IMG/VR virus record: IMGVR_UViG_3300013426_000014
Coordinates: 128,001 to 192,000 of that record
Source: a virus
Lineage: Duplodnaviria > Caudoviricetes
DNA: 64,000 nt
Reading direction: 5' to 3' (one strand)
Shown: piece after piece, positions 36,801 through 48,207 of the stretch
Layout: the number at the start of each line of letters is the position of its first letter
How positions within the stretch are numbered: the stretch's first letter is position 1
Notes under the pieces: model-generated
What the model saw: only the letters and a program-made list of their open reading frames with translations
Told to the model about the DNA's origin: nothing
The model's database searches: none
Made by a program: the position numbers and the translations under genes

Positions 36801-38748
36801 TCGCCGACGGCTGGCAGTTCGTATAAAACCCGCCAAGTCCCGGGTTCGTGCCGCTCCCGGTGTTCGTTATCTTCAGCGCGTATCCGGAGTTGTTCGGCAG
36901 TCCGGACGGATATCCGGATGACACGCGCGTGACAACTGTCTTGCCAGTTGCGTTGTTGTCATATGTGTATCCGGCAAAGCCGTTGTAGAATTCGGGATCG
37001 GTTCCGGCCCCTGTCGCCAATGACGTGATCGCTTGTGTGAGCCGTCAGTCGGACGCGGATTTCATCTCGTCCTCCGTCAGCGTCACTGTCCCCGTGTCTG
37101 ACGTATATGTTGCCGTCTGATACATGAGATCCCATTTAGGGGTCGCGGACCCGCCCGCCGCCGGGACAATCTTGTCATAACGCAGCCCCTTGAATGACGG
37201 CAGTCCGTACGTCACGGTGTTCGCCGCCTGGCTCGCCGTTCCCGCGCATGACGCGGACGCCGATTTGGTCGCGGTTCTGCCGCTTGTCTGGTAATCAGAT
37301 TTCAGCGTGAACGTCATTACCGCGGTCCTTGTTATGGTCGCGGATCTCGCCGCGCCGGTGACGGTCCCCCTGTCGACGCTCGTGACAGTCAGGCTCGCCG
37401 CGTTAGAGGATGTCAGCGTCGCGACGCCTGAATTCGACGTCGACCATGAATAAATCGGACCGGACCACGAGCCGTATGTCGTGACGCCGGATGTCGTTGT
37501 TGATCCTGAATCGAATACAAGCGTGCACGTCCCGGCGGACGCGGATGTCACGTTGCTGAACGCCTTCGACTGCTTTCCCGCCGAATATGACACGCTCGAC
37601 GTTATTGCGCCGGCGTTCGCGGTCACCGACTGCACGGCGACATGGTTCGCCGCCTGGCTCGCCGTCCCGGAGCATGATCCAGCCGCGGATTTCGTGGATA
37701 CGGACCCGCCGTTATATGACGATTTCAACGAATATGAATATGTCGCGGTCCTTGTTACCGTCGCGGATCTCGCCGACGCCGAATATGTCGTGCCTCTTGA
37801 CACGCTCTTTACAGAAATCGCGTTCGCGTCGGTAGAGGTCAGCGTCATGACATCTGAATTTGACGTCGTCCATGAGTACGACGGTCCGGATAATGTCCCG
37901 TACGTCGAGTAGTTCGCGACGCTCGTCCCCGATGAGAATGTTACAGTGACACCGGATATCGACGCCGCCGTTACGTTCGCGAATGTCTTCGACTCAGCCG
38001 CGGCCGAATATGACACGCTCGACGTTATCGCGCCGCCGTCAACAGACCCCATCGTGACCGCCGTTATGACATTCTTCGCCTGCGTCACCGTGACCGTTTT
38101 CGACGCCGGACCGGAAAGTGTTCCGGTCGACGGCGTCGCCGGCGAGTACGAGTAAGTTACCGTAAACACGGTCGACCCGTCGTAATAATTGTTCGAGAGT
38201 GACGACACAGTCACCTTGCCGGCGGAGTCTATCGACGCGGATCCCCCTGCCGACCCTGACGTCCGTGCCACCGACTTGGAAGGGGTGAATGTGCCGGATG
38301 TGTTCGCCTTGCCGGATTTTCACGTGTATACGATTGTACCGGCGCCGCCTGACACCTGACATGCGCCGCCCGACGCGGCCACGCTCGCCGGCGAGGCGGT
38401 TAATGTTCCTATTGAGTATGTCGTGGACATGATCCAGTCGCCTTTCTGCACGACGGTCAATGTCGCCTTAACGCCCCGTTTCTTTGTAACCGCGGTGATT
38501 ACGGCGGTCCGTTGCGAGCCCGTGTTCGACGCGATTGTCACCGTTACGGCCGTCGTCCCTTTCGGTCCGGACGTCACGTCGAGCGAACATCACGACTGGT
38601 TGGACGATACCGTCCAGTCCGTGTTCGACGTCACCGTGAACGTGAGTTTGTCCGCCGCCGCGTCCGGCGTGTATGATGTCCGCGATAATGATATCGACGG
38701 GTCGACCCCGCCTCCCGATAGCAGCCTGTGCCTGTTGTTCAATGCCAT
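30862..38748 (-). CDS. Giant Ser/Thr-rich BACON-domain adhesin/tail fibre, 2,628 aa, about 20 TGA=Trp, with switchable C-terminal tip (tip A expressed)
   Basis: Fifteen track ORFs share one frame separated only by TGA; BACON motifs TVTSNTDWTVSSNQS(W)CSL...NTGSQRTAVIT and G(W)TITTSDSWIT...NTAAEDRKG; carbohydrate-binding-like module near 36600-37020. Confidence 0.85.
31238..31395 (-). repeat. Right 158-bp inverted repeat (IR-R), inside the adhesin coding sequence
   Basis: Exact reverse complement of 30253-30410; encodes YADFSSYTS...KVILDG. Confidence 0.97.
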
Positions 38749-38795
38749 CTCTCGCCTGTTTGTTTTCGTTTTTCAGACGGGTATAACCCGTCTTG

Positions 38796-38804
38796 ATATT
38801 TATC
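38796..38804 (-). promoter_or_regulatory. Late promoter motif GATAAATAT followed by a leader hairpin (agacggg-tataa-cccgtct, 38775-38793)
   Basis: Exact motif upstream of the adhesin ATG. Confidence 0.7.
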
Positions 38805-38971
38805 GAATCCCGGCCGTAATCCAGATCATATGAAAAATTCACACGGGACAAAATAATTTTTCTGTTTCCGCATATAATTTGTGTAAGCAAATTTCGGTTG
38901 GGAATAGATAATATTTTAATATATTAAATTATTAAACTTTAAGAATTTAACTTTCTATATATTATATGTCC

Positions 38972-39011
38972 AAAAAAGAAAAAGATCAGGTGTTTCCTGA
39001 TCTTTTTCTTT
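38972..39011. terminator. Intrinsic terminator
   Basis: aaagaaaaagatcagg-tgttt-cctgatctttttcttt downstream of gene 39027. Confidence 0.8.
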
Positions 39012-39026
39012 ACTCTATCTGATATA

Positions 39027-42000
39027 TTAGAAAGTCTTAAGCTTTGTCAGTATGCCGTAATTGTCGATGATGCTGAACTCGTACGTCGACCCGGATACAA
39101 TATCCGGCCTGTCTTCGTTCCACATCGTGACACCGGTAAACGTGACGCTGCCTGATCCGGCCGTGAAACGTCCGCAATATTCGTTCACGATTCCGGATAT
39201 CGCTGTGCCCTGGTTGAGTGTCACGTTTCCTGTGAACGGGGAGCTCCACACATACATCGTGTTCGGGTTGAGCGTTATCGTGCCGCTCAGCGCCGCGTCG
39301 GTCTTTTTTCAGAATTTGGTCGCGAAATTTGACAGTCCTCATCCGGACGGGGCGGCCGCCGGGAGTTGCGCGTCTATCGTCTTCCCGCCGATTGTCGCCA
39401 ATGTGACGGTCTGTCCCCACTGCAGTGCGGACGAACCGTCGACCGCCGTCCAGTTCGCGTTGACGACACCGAACTTGCCGGTTCCGTCGCCGATGAGCAT
39501 GTCGCCTTTCTCGAGCGTTTGCGGCGTGCCGGTCGATGATTTCGCCGCGGACAGTGTGAACGCCCCGTTCGCGAAATAAACAGCGCCTTTCGCTGATGAT
39601 GCCAGTCCTGATTCCGACGTCACAACACTTTCGTATTTTAACGCCTTCGCCAGATCCGCGACCGCTGCGTTCACCACCGACGTCACATAATTGACTACCG
39701 CATTGCTGGTCGGAACGTCGTTGTCGCTGGACCACACCGCGGTCGACGCGTCTTTGAACGCGGCGGACTTCAGCGCGCCGGACGCGTGCGGCATGAGCTG
39801 TCCTGACGTGTTCGTCACTACAGGAACGTTATCTGCCGTCCCCAACGCTGCCCCGACAACCGGCACGTTCCCCGCGGCGGGTCCGGCTGTTTTTTCACAG
39901 GCGGACGCCAGCGTATATGTTCCCGCGACCGGCACTCCTCCACTGAAATACACTGGTTTCGTCGCTGATCCGGCGTTCGTGCCGAGCTTGTTCGCAGTCG
40001 TGGCAACTGACGCCGTAGTGGCGGTGGTCGCGTTGCCGTTAAGCGTCACAGTCCCGCTCTCTGATTCAGCCAGGATTCACTTACCGTTTTTGAAATCATA
40101 CAAACCGGCGTTTTTCGACGATGATCCGACGATAAGGCCCATTTTTTGTGTTGACGACGCGTCAACCACGAATCCTTTATCTTTCGACAAGTCCGTCGAT
40201 ATGTACAGGTTGTCTGTCATTATGTCGCCGTTCTTCGATACCGCGTCAGTCAGTCCGTAACCGGATATTGTGGTAGGGGTTGACCCTGCCGTCACGTGTC
40301 CGAGCGCGTTGACGGTCACACTCCGGTATGTCCCAGCCGTCACGCCGGATGTGTTGTGACTCACTGTCGCCTTCGATGTAGTTCCGCCCGACACGGATAT
40401 TCCGGCGCCGCCCGCGATTTCCGTCACGCCGGACGACGTCACGTAACCCTTCCCTTCGACGAATGACTTCACTGCCGCCGCTGAAGGCACATTGACCGAC
40501 GCGTCCGCCGTGAAATCTGACGCGCTGTTCGTGAATCCTTTAATTTTTTTGCTTGTGACGGTGTTGTCCGCTATCGTCGTCGCTATCGACGACGTTCCGG
40601 ATCCGGTTACGTCACCGGTCAGACTTATCACGGAGTTCGTGAGCGTGTCTGTTCACGGCACGCTCACCGCGAGCTTGCCTGACGCGTCGACGCCGACCCC
40701 GTACACCTTTTTAGTCGTGTCGATCGTGAGCTTCGTCGTGTTGCCGAGATTCGCCTTCACCGTGACGTTTGCTGATGATCCGTTCGTGACCGTAATGCCA
40801 TCGCCGTTAGACACTGTGTTCACGATACCTTTATCATTCGCTATCACCTGTGCGGCTGATGCGGCTGCAGCCGCTGCCTTCGCCGCGGTGTTCACCGCGT
40901 TCAGGGCACTTATCGTCGGCACTGTGTACTTCGTGTCGTTCTCCGTGGTGACGGATGAGTCGGTCAACTGGACGATTCCTGCCGCTGATGTCGATGCGGT
41001 CGGCAGCGACGATTCCGCCGCGGCTGTCACATGACCCAACGTGTCGACCGTCAGTCCGGATATGAATTTGCCGCTTGTGTTGAGATTATATGCGGTATGT
41101 GATGGATGTGTGTACACCGTGTTGTCGTTCTGCCACGGCACGCTCACCGCCAGGTATCCGGAAGAGTCGATCCCGACCCCGTACACCTTACCCGTTCCGA
41201 TCTTGCCGACCGCGTTTTTCGTGTCCGACATTTTCAGCGACAGTTTCACATCCTTTCCTGATGTCGTCGCTGTTATTCCTGCGGACGCGTCATTCGCATC
41301 GACTGATTCTATCTTGCCTTTGTTGTTCGCCGTCACCTGTGCGGCTGATGCTGCATCAGCCGCTTTTTTCGCAGCGGTGTTCACCGCGTTCAGAGCGTTT
41401 ATCGTCGGCACTGTGTACTTCGTGTCGTTCTCCGTGGTGACGGATGAGTCGGTCAACTGGACGATTCCTGCCGTCTTATCTGTGGCGGTCGGTAGAGACG
41501 AATTCGTCACAGCTGTCACATGACCGAGACCGTCGACCGTTATACCAGTCAGCCATGTCGACGATTTGTTTATCGCTGTATGGGACGGATGGGTGTATAC
41601 ACTCCAATCCACTTTCACGGCGAGATCACCGTTTTTGTCAACACCAACAGCATAGACGCGGGATGTCGTGCCGCCGACGGAAGCCGATACATCCGTCGCC
41701 TTTGCTTTGACGGAGATTGTTCCATACTTCTTTCCTGACGAATCCGTGTTGTTTGTGACGGTTATGCCCGTCCCGACGGACAGGTAATTGATTACGTCTG
41801 TACCTATCCTGCCGTCCGTTTTTTTCAACGCGGTTGACAGGTCGGATATGCCGCTTTCTGCCGTACTTATCCTGCTTCCCAATGATGTGCTGACCACGCT
41901 CAACGCGTATGGTGTCGCCGCGGCAGAGTCTTTCGCCTTCTCTGTCCCGGCCGTGTCAAACAGCTTCACATGCCCGTATAAATCCGCCGTCGCTCCGCCG

Positions 42001-42200
42001 TATGTGGTTGACCCCGCCGCGTGCGCCTTCGGCGTCGTCGTGTTGCCGCCGAACATAGTGCCGTTCGCGTATATTTGGCCGGTGTCGGCGATGAACGTCA
42101 CCGATGTCGCCGGTATGTTTGATTTTTTCGCGTTGAACTTATCCGTCGTCGGGAAATAAAGGAAAACGGTGTTATCGCCTATTTTGTTTGTGACCGCCAT
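39027..42200 (-). CDS. Tail fibre protein, 1,057 aa, 4 TGA=Trp, with an internal 163-aa duplication
   Basis: Four track ORFs in one frame; LGHVTA, GIVQLTDS and YGHVKL fibre repeats; late motif at 42242-42250. Confidence 0.8.
40910..41473. repeat. Direct repeat, about 75-bp identical cores at 40910-40984 and 41399-41473 (489-bp period)
   Basis: ttatcgtcggcactgtgtacttcgtgtcgttctccgtggtgacggatgagtcggtcaactggacgattcctgccg occurs twice. Confidence 0.9.
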
Positions 42201-42304
42201 TATATCTGCTTGTGTATATTTTTCATGATAACCATGTCTTAATATTTATCGGTTCTTCCGCCGTCCGGGCGGATGACGCGATTAATATATGATTATATAA
42301 AAAC

Positions 42305-42331
42305 AAAAAGACGGGTGCCGCCCGTCTTTTT
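42305..42331. terminator. Intrinsic terminator
   Basis: aaaaagacgggt-gcc-gcccgtcttttt. Confidence 0.75.
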
Positions 42332-42350
42332 CATATCAGTGATGTTCGGA

Positions 42351-44201
42351 TTACTCCTCGACATACCACGCGAGTGACGTCTCGATCGTCGTCACGCGGC
42401 TGGATACCGCGGATACATTCGAATTTGTCGTGGCGAGTGATGCGGATGTCGCGTAATCGCCCGCTTTCTTAAATGCCAGGATGTCTGTTGCATCAAGCCC
42501 CTTGACCGTCACGGTGGTAGTGTCGCCGCCAGTGTTGACACTGATCGTTCCGTTCACCCCGGTACCGGTCGTCACACTCCTTACTGCCGCGTTAGCGTTC
42601 GACACGGCGGTCGAGAGTGCGGTTGTCGCCTTGACAGTTACCTTCTTGCCGGACGCGCTGGCGTCGATGAGCGTGTCGCCTTCCGCCGTCACGGCCACGC
42701 CGGACGCGGCCGAGCTCGCCATCTTTTCCGCGTACTTGCGCACGCCGTACAGGTCGATGCTGCTGTCTGTCGATTTCGAGTCGTCACCGGTGAGCGTTTT
42801 CTTCGCCGCCTCGATCTGTCCTTTCACTGAATTTGCGTTGGTCGATCCATCGGTAAGTGTGCTGATACTTTCCGCGTGTGAACTTACTGTTGTCTCGAGC
42901 TTTCCGATGCTGCTCTCTGCCGTCGATAATCTGCTCTTGACACTGCTTATGCTGTTATCAATCGCGGAAACCTTCGTGTCGTAATCAGTCGTCTTGACGA
43001 AAACGCCATCCTTTACCTTGAATATTGGGTTGTCTCCGGTCTCATCAAGTGTGATTGTCTTCTCATCCGCCTTATATGTATCGATAAACTCTTTTAGCGA
43101 TATCGTGACTGGATCCGTTTTGCCCGAATCAGTATTCCATGTAAACGTTATTGTTTTCGTGCTCGCATCATATTTAACGTCGCTGAGCATGCCGTCCTTG
43201 ATGAACGGATCGGCGCTGACAGTACTGATCGCATTGCCGTCCTTGTCTTTGAGTATGATGTTCTTGTTATCATACACGAGCGACACGGCGGCGGAAAGCA
43301 TACCGTTGGAGTCGAGCGTCAGGATCTTGTCGCCGGTCTTGACGCCTTTCACCGCCTGCTCGCCTTTCACGCGGGCGTCGATCAGGCTCGTGATGTCCGC
43401 CGCCTTGCCGCTTATTGTCGCGGTAAGCGTCGACTCTCCGTCTGAATCGGTCGCCGTCACGCTTTCGATGACATTGACCTGCGCGCCGGCGTTGATGCCG
43501 TCGAGTTTTGTTTTCTCGGCAGATGTATATATGCTGGTGTCGGTTTTGTTCAGCTTGGTGTCGAGCTTCTCGTATATATCGCCGATGCTACCGTCCACGT
43601 TTTTAATGCTCGTGTCAATTGTGGTGAGCTTATCGGAAAGGCCGCTCACCTGACTTTGCCCGATGCTGATCGCCGAGTTGTCGACATACAGGTTCTTGCT
43701 CGAGTCGACCTTAAGCGCGTTGCTTGCCTTAATGTTGAGACTGATCGTCGCGTTTGTCTCCGCGGTCACGGTGCCGTCTTCTGCCGTTTTGAGCGTGCCC
43801 GACGTCACGGTGAGCGGCGTGCCTTCCGCCGCGGTAAGGACGAGTGTCTGCTGGATCGCGATGATAGAGCTTACCGATTTCTCGAGTTTCGCGATTTTGT
43901 TCGCGGCGTCTGTTCCGGTTGATGTTTTGAGATCATTGACCGTGCCTGTCAGCGCAGTGATCGCGTCATTAAGCGCCTTTCCCTGCGCCGCGGTCAACGC
44001 GTTCGTCGTCGACGTTCCGGTCAGGGTGTTCACCAGCCCCGGAATCTTGAACTCGGTGTCGCTTGCCTTGAAATAAATCACGCCGTTTCCCTCACCTTCG
44101 AGGAACGCTATCGCGCCGGCCGGCATGTTTTCTTTCGCCGCGTCAAGAGTCGCACGTTTTTTATAATATTGGAACAGTGATTTTGTCTTATCGCCTGCCA
44201 T
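42351..44201 (-). CDS. Coiled-coil fibre/whisker-like structural protein (FIKDGML family)
   Basis: Heptad-rich; SADPFIKDGMLSDV; late motif at 44262-44270. Confidence 0.65.
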   Translation of the reverse strand: MAGDKTKSLFQYYKKRATLDAAKENMPAGAIAFLEGEGNGVIYFKASDTEFKIPGLVNTLTGTSTTNALTAAQGKALNDAITALTGTVNDLKTSTGTDAANKIAKLEKSVSSIIAIQQTLVLTAAEGTPLTVTSGTLKTAEDGTVTAETNATISLNIKASNALKVDSSKNLYVDNSAISIGQSQVSGLSDKLTTIDTSIKNVDGSIGDIYEKLDTKLNKTDTSIYTSAEKTKLDGINAGAQVNVIESVTATDSDGESTLTATISGKAADITSLIDARVKGEQAVKGVKTGDKILTLDSNGMLSAAVSLVYDNKNIILKDKDGNAISTVSADPFIKDGMLSDVKYDASTKTITFTWNTDSGKTDPVTISLKEFIDTYKADEKTITLDETGDNPIFKVKDGVFVKTTDYDTKVSAIDNSISSVKSRLSTAESSIGKLETTVSSHAESISTLTDGSTNANSVKGQIEAAKKTLTGDDSKSTDSSIDLYGVRKYAEKMASSAASGVAVTAEGDTLIDASASGKKVTVKATTALSTAVSNANAAVRSVTTGTGVNGTISVNTGGDTTTVTVKGLDATDILAFKKAGDYATSASLATTNSNVSAVSSRVTTIETSLAWYVEE

Positions 44202-44310
44202 ATCTGGATGTTTTTTTTTTCTGTTTGAAAAAACGGCGGAGCGGATTACCCCGCCGTTATGATATTTATCCGATGTTTCGCGTTATGATGTGAAACACCG
44301 TTGTTTCATT

Positions 44311-45954
44311 TTATTCGCCGGTCACGACGATCCATTCCATCTCTGTTTTCGTCACATAATCGGCCTTGCTCTCGTACGCCATGTCGCCAAGCTTGCCGAC
44401 CGTGGTCACAAGGGATTTTAGCGCGTCCGTCGACGACAGCGTCACCGTGCCTTTTCCGTCGCTTTCCGCCTTGACGAGCGTCTCGCCGTCTGCCGTCTTG
44501 ACGCCCTTCACGAACGTCTCGCCGTCTGACAGGTTCGCCTTCAGCGCGTCGAGCGCCGACTTCGTGTCGGTCGCGGTATTCTCCACCGCGGTCAGCCTTT
44601 CTGTCACGCCGCCTTCGCCTGTCACCTTTGTGTCGAGCGCCGCGAGCGCGTCGCTGACCGTTTTGAGATCCGCCGCGCCGACGATGTCCTTCGTGACGAG
44701 CACGCCGCCCTCTGTGAACTCGAGATGTTTCTCATCTTCCGACAGCCTTATCGAGATCGTCTTGCCGTTGACCGCGACGCCGTTGCCGGCCGTGTACACG
44801 TCGATGAGCGACGTCACGTCGAGATAGATCACCTTATTGCTCTCCGCCGCGTTGAATTTGAACTCGACGAACGTGCCCGATGTCTTTTCGTTGACAGGCT
44901 TCTCCGCCGTCGCGACCACGAGATTGACATCCTCGAGCATGCCGTCCTTGATGAAGTCGGCCGCGTCAAATTCGCTGATTACAGCGTCTCCGGCGCCGAG
45001 AAGTTTCACCTTCTGATCAGCGTATGCGATTTTGATGTTTGACTTGAGACCGTCTGCTGTCTGTGTCAGGACCTTCTCGCCTTCGGCGATGCCGAGTTTG
45101 ATTGTTGTTGTCTCGTCTTCACCGGTGACCACAGACACGGCGTTACCCGTCTCACCCTTGATCTCCTTCGTCTTAGGCGCGGTGACATAAAGCCCGCCTT
45201 CCGCGTCGAGCTTGAGTGCGTTATCCGCGTCCGCCTTGATGTTGACAGACACCGTCCTGCCGTCCGCGCCGATCGTCACGGATTTGTCGCCCGTGATCTT
45301 GACCGCGTCTATCTTGCCGGTAAGCTCAGTCTTCGCCGCCTCGATCTTGTTGTCGACCGATCCGGTAACATCCGCCGCGCCGTTGATTGTGCCGATTTTC
45401 TCATTGATCGCCGCTATTTCGTCCTTGTTCGTCGACACGTCTTTCTTGACGTCAGACACGGACTGCTGCAGATCCGCGATGTCGCCGGCGACATCACCGG
45501 ACGCGGAGCTCTGCGCGAGCTTCATCACCGTCCCGACGCCCGACACGATATACGCGCCGGCGTCATACTTAGTCTCGTCGATCGTCTCCGCAGACTTGAC
45601 GTATATGATCTGACCGACATTGTCCGCCGTCGCGAGACTTATCGCCTCCGTGTAGTTCTCCGCGGTGACGGAGCCGAGCCCTTTGCCGGCGCCGACCTCC
45701 TCGAGCGTGCTGTTGGCGAGGATTTTGTAGATTTTGACCTCGTCGTTCTCGACCACTGATATGATCTGTCCGATATACCGTGTCTTACCGATTCCGCGTT
45801 CGTCGGATCCGTCGCCTTTTGCGTAAGCGACCGCGTCCGCGTAACTGTTGAACCATCCCGACCGGTCGATCGGGAATTTACCGGTACGCTGGAACGACAT
45901 CGCCCAGTCAAGCTTGTTACCGTCGATGATTAAATCTGTTGTATAGTTTGCCAT
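44311..45954 (-). CDS. Coiled-coil fibre-like structural protein (FIKDGML family)
   Basis: DAADFIKDGMLEDV; N-terminal FQRTGKFPIDRS. Confidence 0.65.
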   Translation of the reverse strand: MANYTTDLIIDGNKLDWAMSFQRTGKFPIDRSGWFNSYADAVAYAKGDGSDERGIGKTRYIGQIISVVENDEVKIYKILANSTLEEVGAGKGLGSVTAENYTEAISLATADNVGQIIYVKSAETIDETKYDAGAYIVSGVGTVMKLAQSSASGDVAGDIADLQQSVSDVKKDVSTNKDEIAAINEKIGTINGAADVTGSVDNKIEAAKTELTGKIDAVKITGDKSVTIGADGRTVSVNIKADADNALKLDAEGGLYVTAPKTKEIKGETGNAVSVVTGEDETTTIKLGIAEGEKVLTQTADGLKSNIKIAYADQKVKLLGAGDAVISEFDAADFIKDGMLEDVNLVVATAEKPVNEKTSGTFVEFKFNAAESNKVIYLDVTSLIDVYTAGNGVAVNGKTISIRLSEDEKHLEFTEGGVLVTKDIVGAADLKTVSDALAALDTKVTGEGGVTERLTAVENTATDTKSALDALKANLSDGETFVKGVKTADGETLVKAESDGKGTVTLSSTDALKSLVTTVGKLGDMAYESKADYVTKTEMEWIVVTGE

Positions 45955-45975
45955 GACTTATTCTGTTATGTTAAA

Positions 45976-48066
45976 TTAGGCGATTGTTATTTTATATGTG
46001 TTGGCGCCGAGAGCCGCATCCGGACGGTATACATATGCTGTGTATTCCGCCGCAGCGAATCCGTTCGCGCCTTCGACCTGCACGGATCCTTCTGATTTGA
46101 AAGAATCTTTAATGTCAGTGCCGAATGCGCCGGTGTCTGCCACTTTCGTAATGGTTTTACCGGTCGGAACAACCACATACACAGCATTCGTCCCCTCCGC
46201 GATTGACACGGTGATCTCACCGGTCGTCGGAGCGACATTGTTGCTGAGCGCCCTGACGTTCGCGGAGTTGAGCTCGATCGCCGACGGTTTCGCGCCGAGG
46301 AACCAGTGCCGCTCGCCGGTCACAGTTCTATTATCGCTCTTTGTCGCCGCCGATACGGCCTTGTCTGTTATCGCCGCGATGGCGGTCGTCTTGTGCTCCT
46401 CGCTGAAATGACCGATATTCGAGCATACGTATTTTGACGGGATTCCGTCACATGAGATTGTGTACGCCTCCGACTTCACGTCGATTTTCACGGTGTTCGC
46501 GCCTTCGCCGACAGTCAATCCGGTCTGCGCCGCGATCGACTCGGCCGCCGCCGGAGCAGTAGCGCCGTTGAAACCTGTGTATGTGACAGTGACGTTCGCG
46601 GCCGCGGTCACTGCCGGTGTTCCCCATTCTTTCGTGATAGATTTCGCCGTTGACTTGTTCGTTCCGGCCGCGTCGTCCGCGTATCCGTACGTGATGCCCG
46701 TTACAGCAGATCCGACCTTCTTCCATGTTGCAGACGGCTTCGCGATCGCCGAAAGGTTGACCTTTGTCCCGACCTCGACTTTCGATCCGGCCTTATCGAG
46801 TGCGCCGCCGGATATGGCTGTCGTTATCGACGCCGTTCCTGGTGTGGACGTCGGTACCGGATACTCTTCTTTGCAGAGCAGCTGCGTCAGTATTTCCTGC
46901 AGCGATGTTCCCGCCGGGATCTTGCCGTCGGTGAACATCGACGGCTCCGCTATACCGCCGCCGACCAGAATCTCCTCTGTAGTCACCGTCATCGCGGTGT
47001 CCATGTCCTTGACTGATATCTCGTTAGCGTCACTGATCGCGATGTGATCACCAGCCGTGTATGTCGTCGCGTTGAAATCCGCGAGTGACACGAATGACGT
47101 CTTCTTCTCGCCGGTCGTCTCGCCGTCGATGTTCCATGTGAACTTGAGACCCTTCGCGCCGTCCTGTGTCGTGACCTCAACACTATCAAGCATTCCGTCG
47201 ACGATGAACGGCGTCGCGTCTATTGAACTGCCGATCACCGCGTCATCCTTGCCGGTCAGGCTTATCGTCTTCTTGTCACCATCATACTTAAGCCCGATTA
47301 CGGTCTCGAGCCCGTTCGCGCCGGCCTTGAGCACCTTGTCGTCAGAGTTGAGCTTGAACGACACGGTCGTCTTGTTCTCGACCGTGCTCGCGTCGATCAG
47401 TCCGGATCCGACGACCTCACCGGTCTTCGGCGTCTCGACATAAAGCTTGCCGCTCTCGTCGATCTTAAGCGCGTTGTCGCCTTCCTTGACACTGCCTTTC
47501 GTCAGGATGTCGCCGTCTGTCACCTTCTTGTTGACCGCGTCGACACCGGCCTGCGCCGCGTCTGCCGCCGTCTTGGCCTCTTCCGCCGCAGTCTTTGCCT
47601 CTGCCGCGGCGGTCGAAGCCGCCGACGCGTCGGCCTTTGTCGCGAACTTCTCGTCAGCCGCCGCCACGGTGAGCAACTCTCCCTTTTCGAGCAGCGCCTT
47701 GATGCTCTCTATCATCGAGAACTCGAACGCGTCAAGTTTTGCCTTGTCGTCTTTCGACATCAGTCCGGCGACGCCGTCCGGCGTGCTCGCGTCCTTGTCC
47801 GCCTTGACGTACGGGATATAGATGTAACCTTTGCTGCCGTCCGCCTTGGTGAACTCTATCGCGCCCGCCGCGTTATCCGGCTTGTCCGCGTCCGTGATAC
47901 CCGCAACGTCTGACATGTACGCGAGGTTCTGGATCCCGGAAACCTGCGACGACACGATTTCCTGCCCGTGCATGAACACGGTCGGACGGTCGTTACATAC
48001 ATAGATTCCCGCGCCGTGTGTCTCGGCGTTGTATCCGGCGTATGCGCCGTAAAAGAACTGAATCAT
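45976..48066 (-). CDS. Fibre-like structural protein (FIKDGML family) with a C-terminal beta domain
   Basis: DATPFIVDGMLDSV, AGLMSKDDKAKLD; late motif at 48126-48134. Confidence 0.65.
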   Translation of the reverse strand: MIQFFYGAYAGYNAETHGAGIYVCNDRPTVFMHGQEIVSSQVSGIQNLAYMSDVAGITDADKPDNAAGAIEFTKADGSKGYIYIPYVKADKDASTPDGVAGLMSKDDKAKLDAFEFSMIESIKALLEKGELLTVAAADEKFATKADASAASTAAAEAKTAAEEAKTAADAAQAGVDAVNKKVTDGDILTKGSVKEGDNALKIDESGKLYVETPKTGEVVGSGLIDASTVENKTTVSFKLNSDDKVLKAGANGLETVIGLKYDGDKKTISLTGKDDAVIGSSIDATPFIVDGMLDSVEVTTQDGAKGLKFTWNIDGETTGEKKTSFVSLADFNATTYTAGDHIAISDANEISVKDMDTAMTVTTEEILVGGGIAEPSMFTDGKIPAGTSLQEILTQLLCKEEYPVPTSTPGTASITTAISGGALDKAGSKVEVGTKVNLSAIAKPSATWKKVGSAVTGITYGYADDAAGTNKSTAKSITKEWGTPAVTAAANVTVTYTGFNGATAPAAAESIAAQTGLTVGEGANTVKIDVKSEAYTISCDGIPSKYVCSNIGHFSEEHKTTAIAAITDKAVSAATKSDNRTVTGERHWFLGAKPSAIELNSANVRALSNNVAPTTGEITVSIAEGTNAVYVVVPTGKTITKVADTGAFGTDIKDSFKSEGSVQVEGANGFAAAEYTAYVYRPDAALGANTYKITIA

Positions 48067-48207
48067 ATGTTCCTGTTTTTATTTTTCTGTTTTTCTGTTT
48101 CCGGTACGAGCCGGAAATTTCCGCTATATTTATCAAAAAAGACACGCGCGAACACGTGTCTTTACAAATAGATGATATATTCGTTGTTTTGTCTATCCGA
48201 TATTCTT

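Noticed and set aside
13095-42200. Mass pseudogenisation of structural genes
   Set aside because: Every interruption is an in-frame TGA with no frameshifts and no TAA/TAG, and many fall at conserved Trp sites.
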